Shown: piece by piece, positions 63,097 through 63,358 of the stretch | How the letters are laid out: each line of letters starts with the position of its first letter | Numbering within the stretch: position 1 is the first letter of the stretch | Origin: Minisyncoccota bacterium | GTDB taxonomy: Bacteria; Patescibacteriota; Minisyncoccia; JAHIHE01; JAGLIN01 | Reading direction: 5' to 3' | Length of the DNA: 63,358 nucleotides | Assembly: GCA_023137595.1 (NCBI GenBank) | Contig: JAGLOZ010000002.1 | Span: 1 to 63,358 of the forward strand | The notes under the pieces: generated by a model | Seen by the model: the letters and a program-made list of their open reading frames with translations, nothing else | The model's database searches: none | Told to the model about the DNA's origin: nothing | Position numbers and translations under genes: made by a program

Positions 63097-63358
63097 GATT
63101 TAGGTTTTTAGGTTGTAGCTTCTTAGCTTCTTAGGGTTCTAGGACTTGTTAAAATATATTGATATTATCCCGATTCGCCAACTGACGAAGAATTGTCATC
63201 TCAAAGGAGGTGCGACTAAGAGATCTAAGAGTTAAACAAAGTTCACTTTAACTTTTCTTATTTCTAGCATAGTATAGTTTCCAGACCTCTCATACGTTTT
63301 TAGATAAATGCAACTATAAAACTCAAAATTAACAAATATAGTGTATTTTACAACGGCC

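Noticed and set aside
1-63358. Prophage, integrative element or autonomous IS/transposon.
   Set aside because: No integrase, transposase, recombinase, capsid or terminase-like ORF was found in any frame. All the repeats are short and non-coding.

Overview
This is an AT-rich (roughly one-third GC by eye) bacterial chromosomal fragment. About 67 of about 77 genes lie on the minus strand. Several features fit a reduced-genome CPR/Patescibacteria-like organism, though that placement is inference only. These features are short aminoacyl-tRNA synthetases (AlaRS 657 aa, ProRS 412 aa), an archaeal-type multidomain ThyA, a presenilin-type protease, and no Shine-Dalgarno (SD) sequence on most core genes.

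Core content:
- Pyrimidine synthesis: pyrF plus two OPRT paralogs.
- tRNA-Trp, rpmG, and metK behind a SAM-I riboswitch; two tRNA-Thr genes.
- rpsB-tsf and rpmE-prfA.
- alaS, mnmA, mrdA-mreDCB, proS, rseP, frr, holB.
- A dut-tmk-thyA cluster and a dCMP-deaminase fusion.
- secE-nusG-rplK...rplA, corA, two glycosidases, xseAB, and an ABC importer.

Main observations:
1. The window is saturated with at least seven families of short MITE-like or palindromic repeats. No transposase is present.
2. Three copies sit in frame inside protein-coding genes: alaS, a membrane protein, and the linker of an HRDC-XseA fusion.
3. Perfect 48-54 bp palindromes centred on a NotI site bracket a wHTH/PaaX(Cas2-like) gene. 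A third copy sits upstream of a distant membrane-protein gene.
4. Two conserved genes carry single in-frame stop codons (tmk TGA, CYTH TAG).
5. Small orphan genes have strong SD sequences, whereas core genes have none.
6. Two ORFs seem to need ATA/ATT start codons.
7. A small Cys-rich ORF missing from the ORF track is paired with a minimal HExxH membrane protease.
8. There are several candidate structured RNAs.

No rRNA, CRISPR array, transposase or prophage was seen. All repeat boundaries are approximate (about +/-5 nt).
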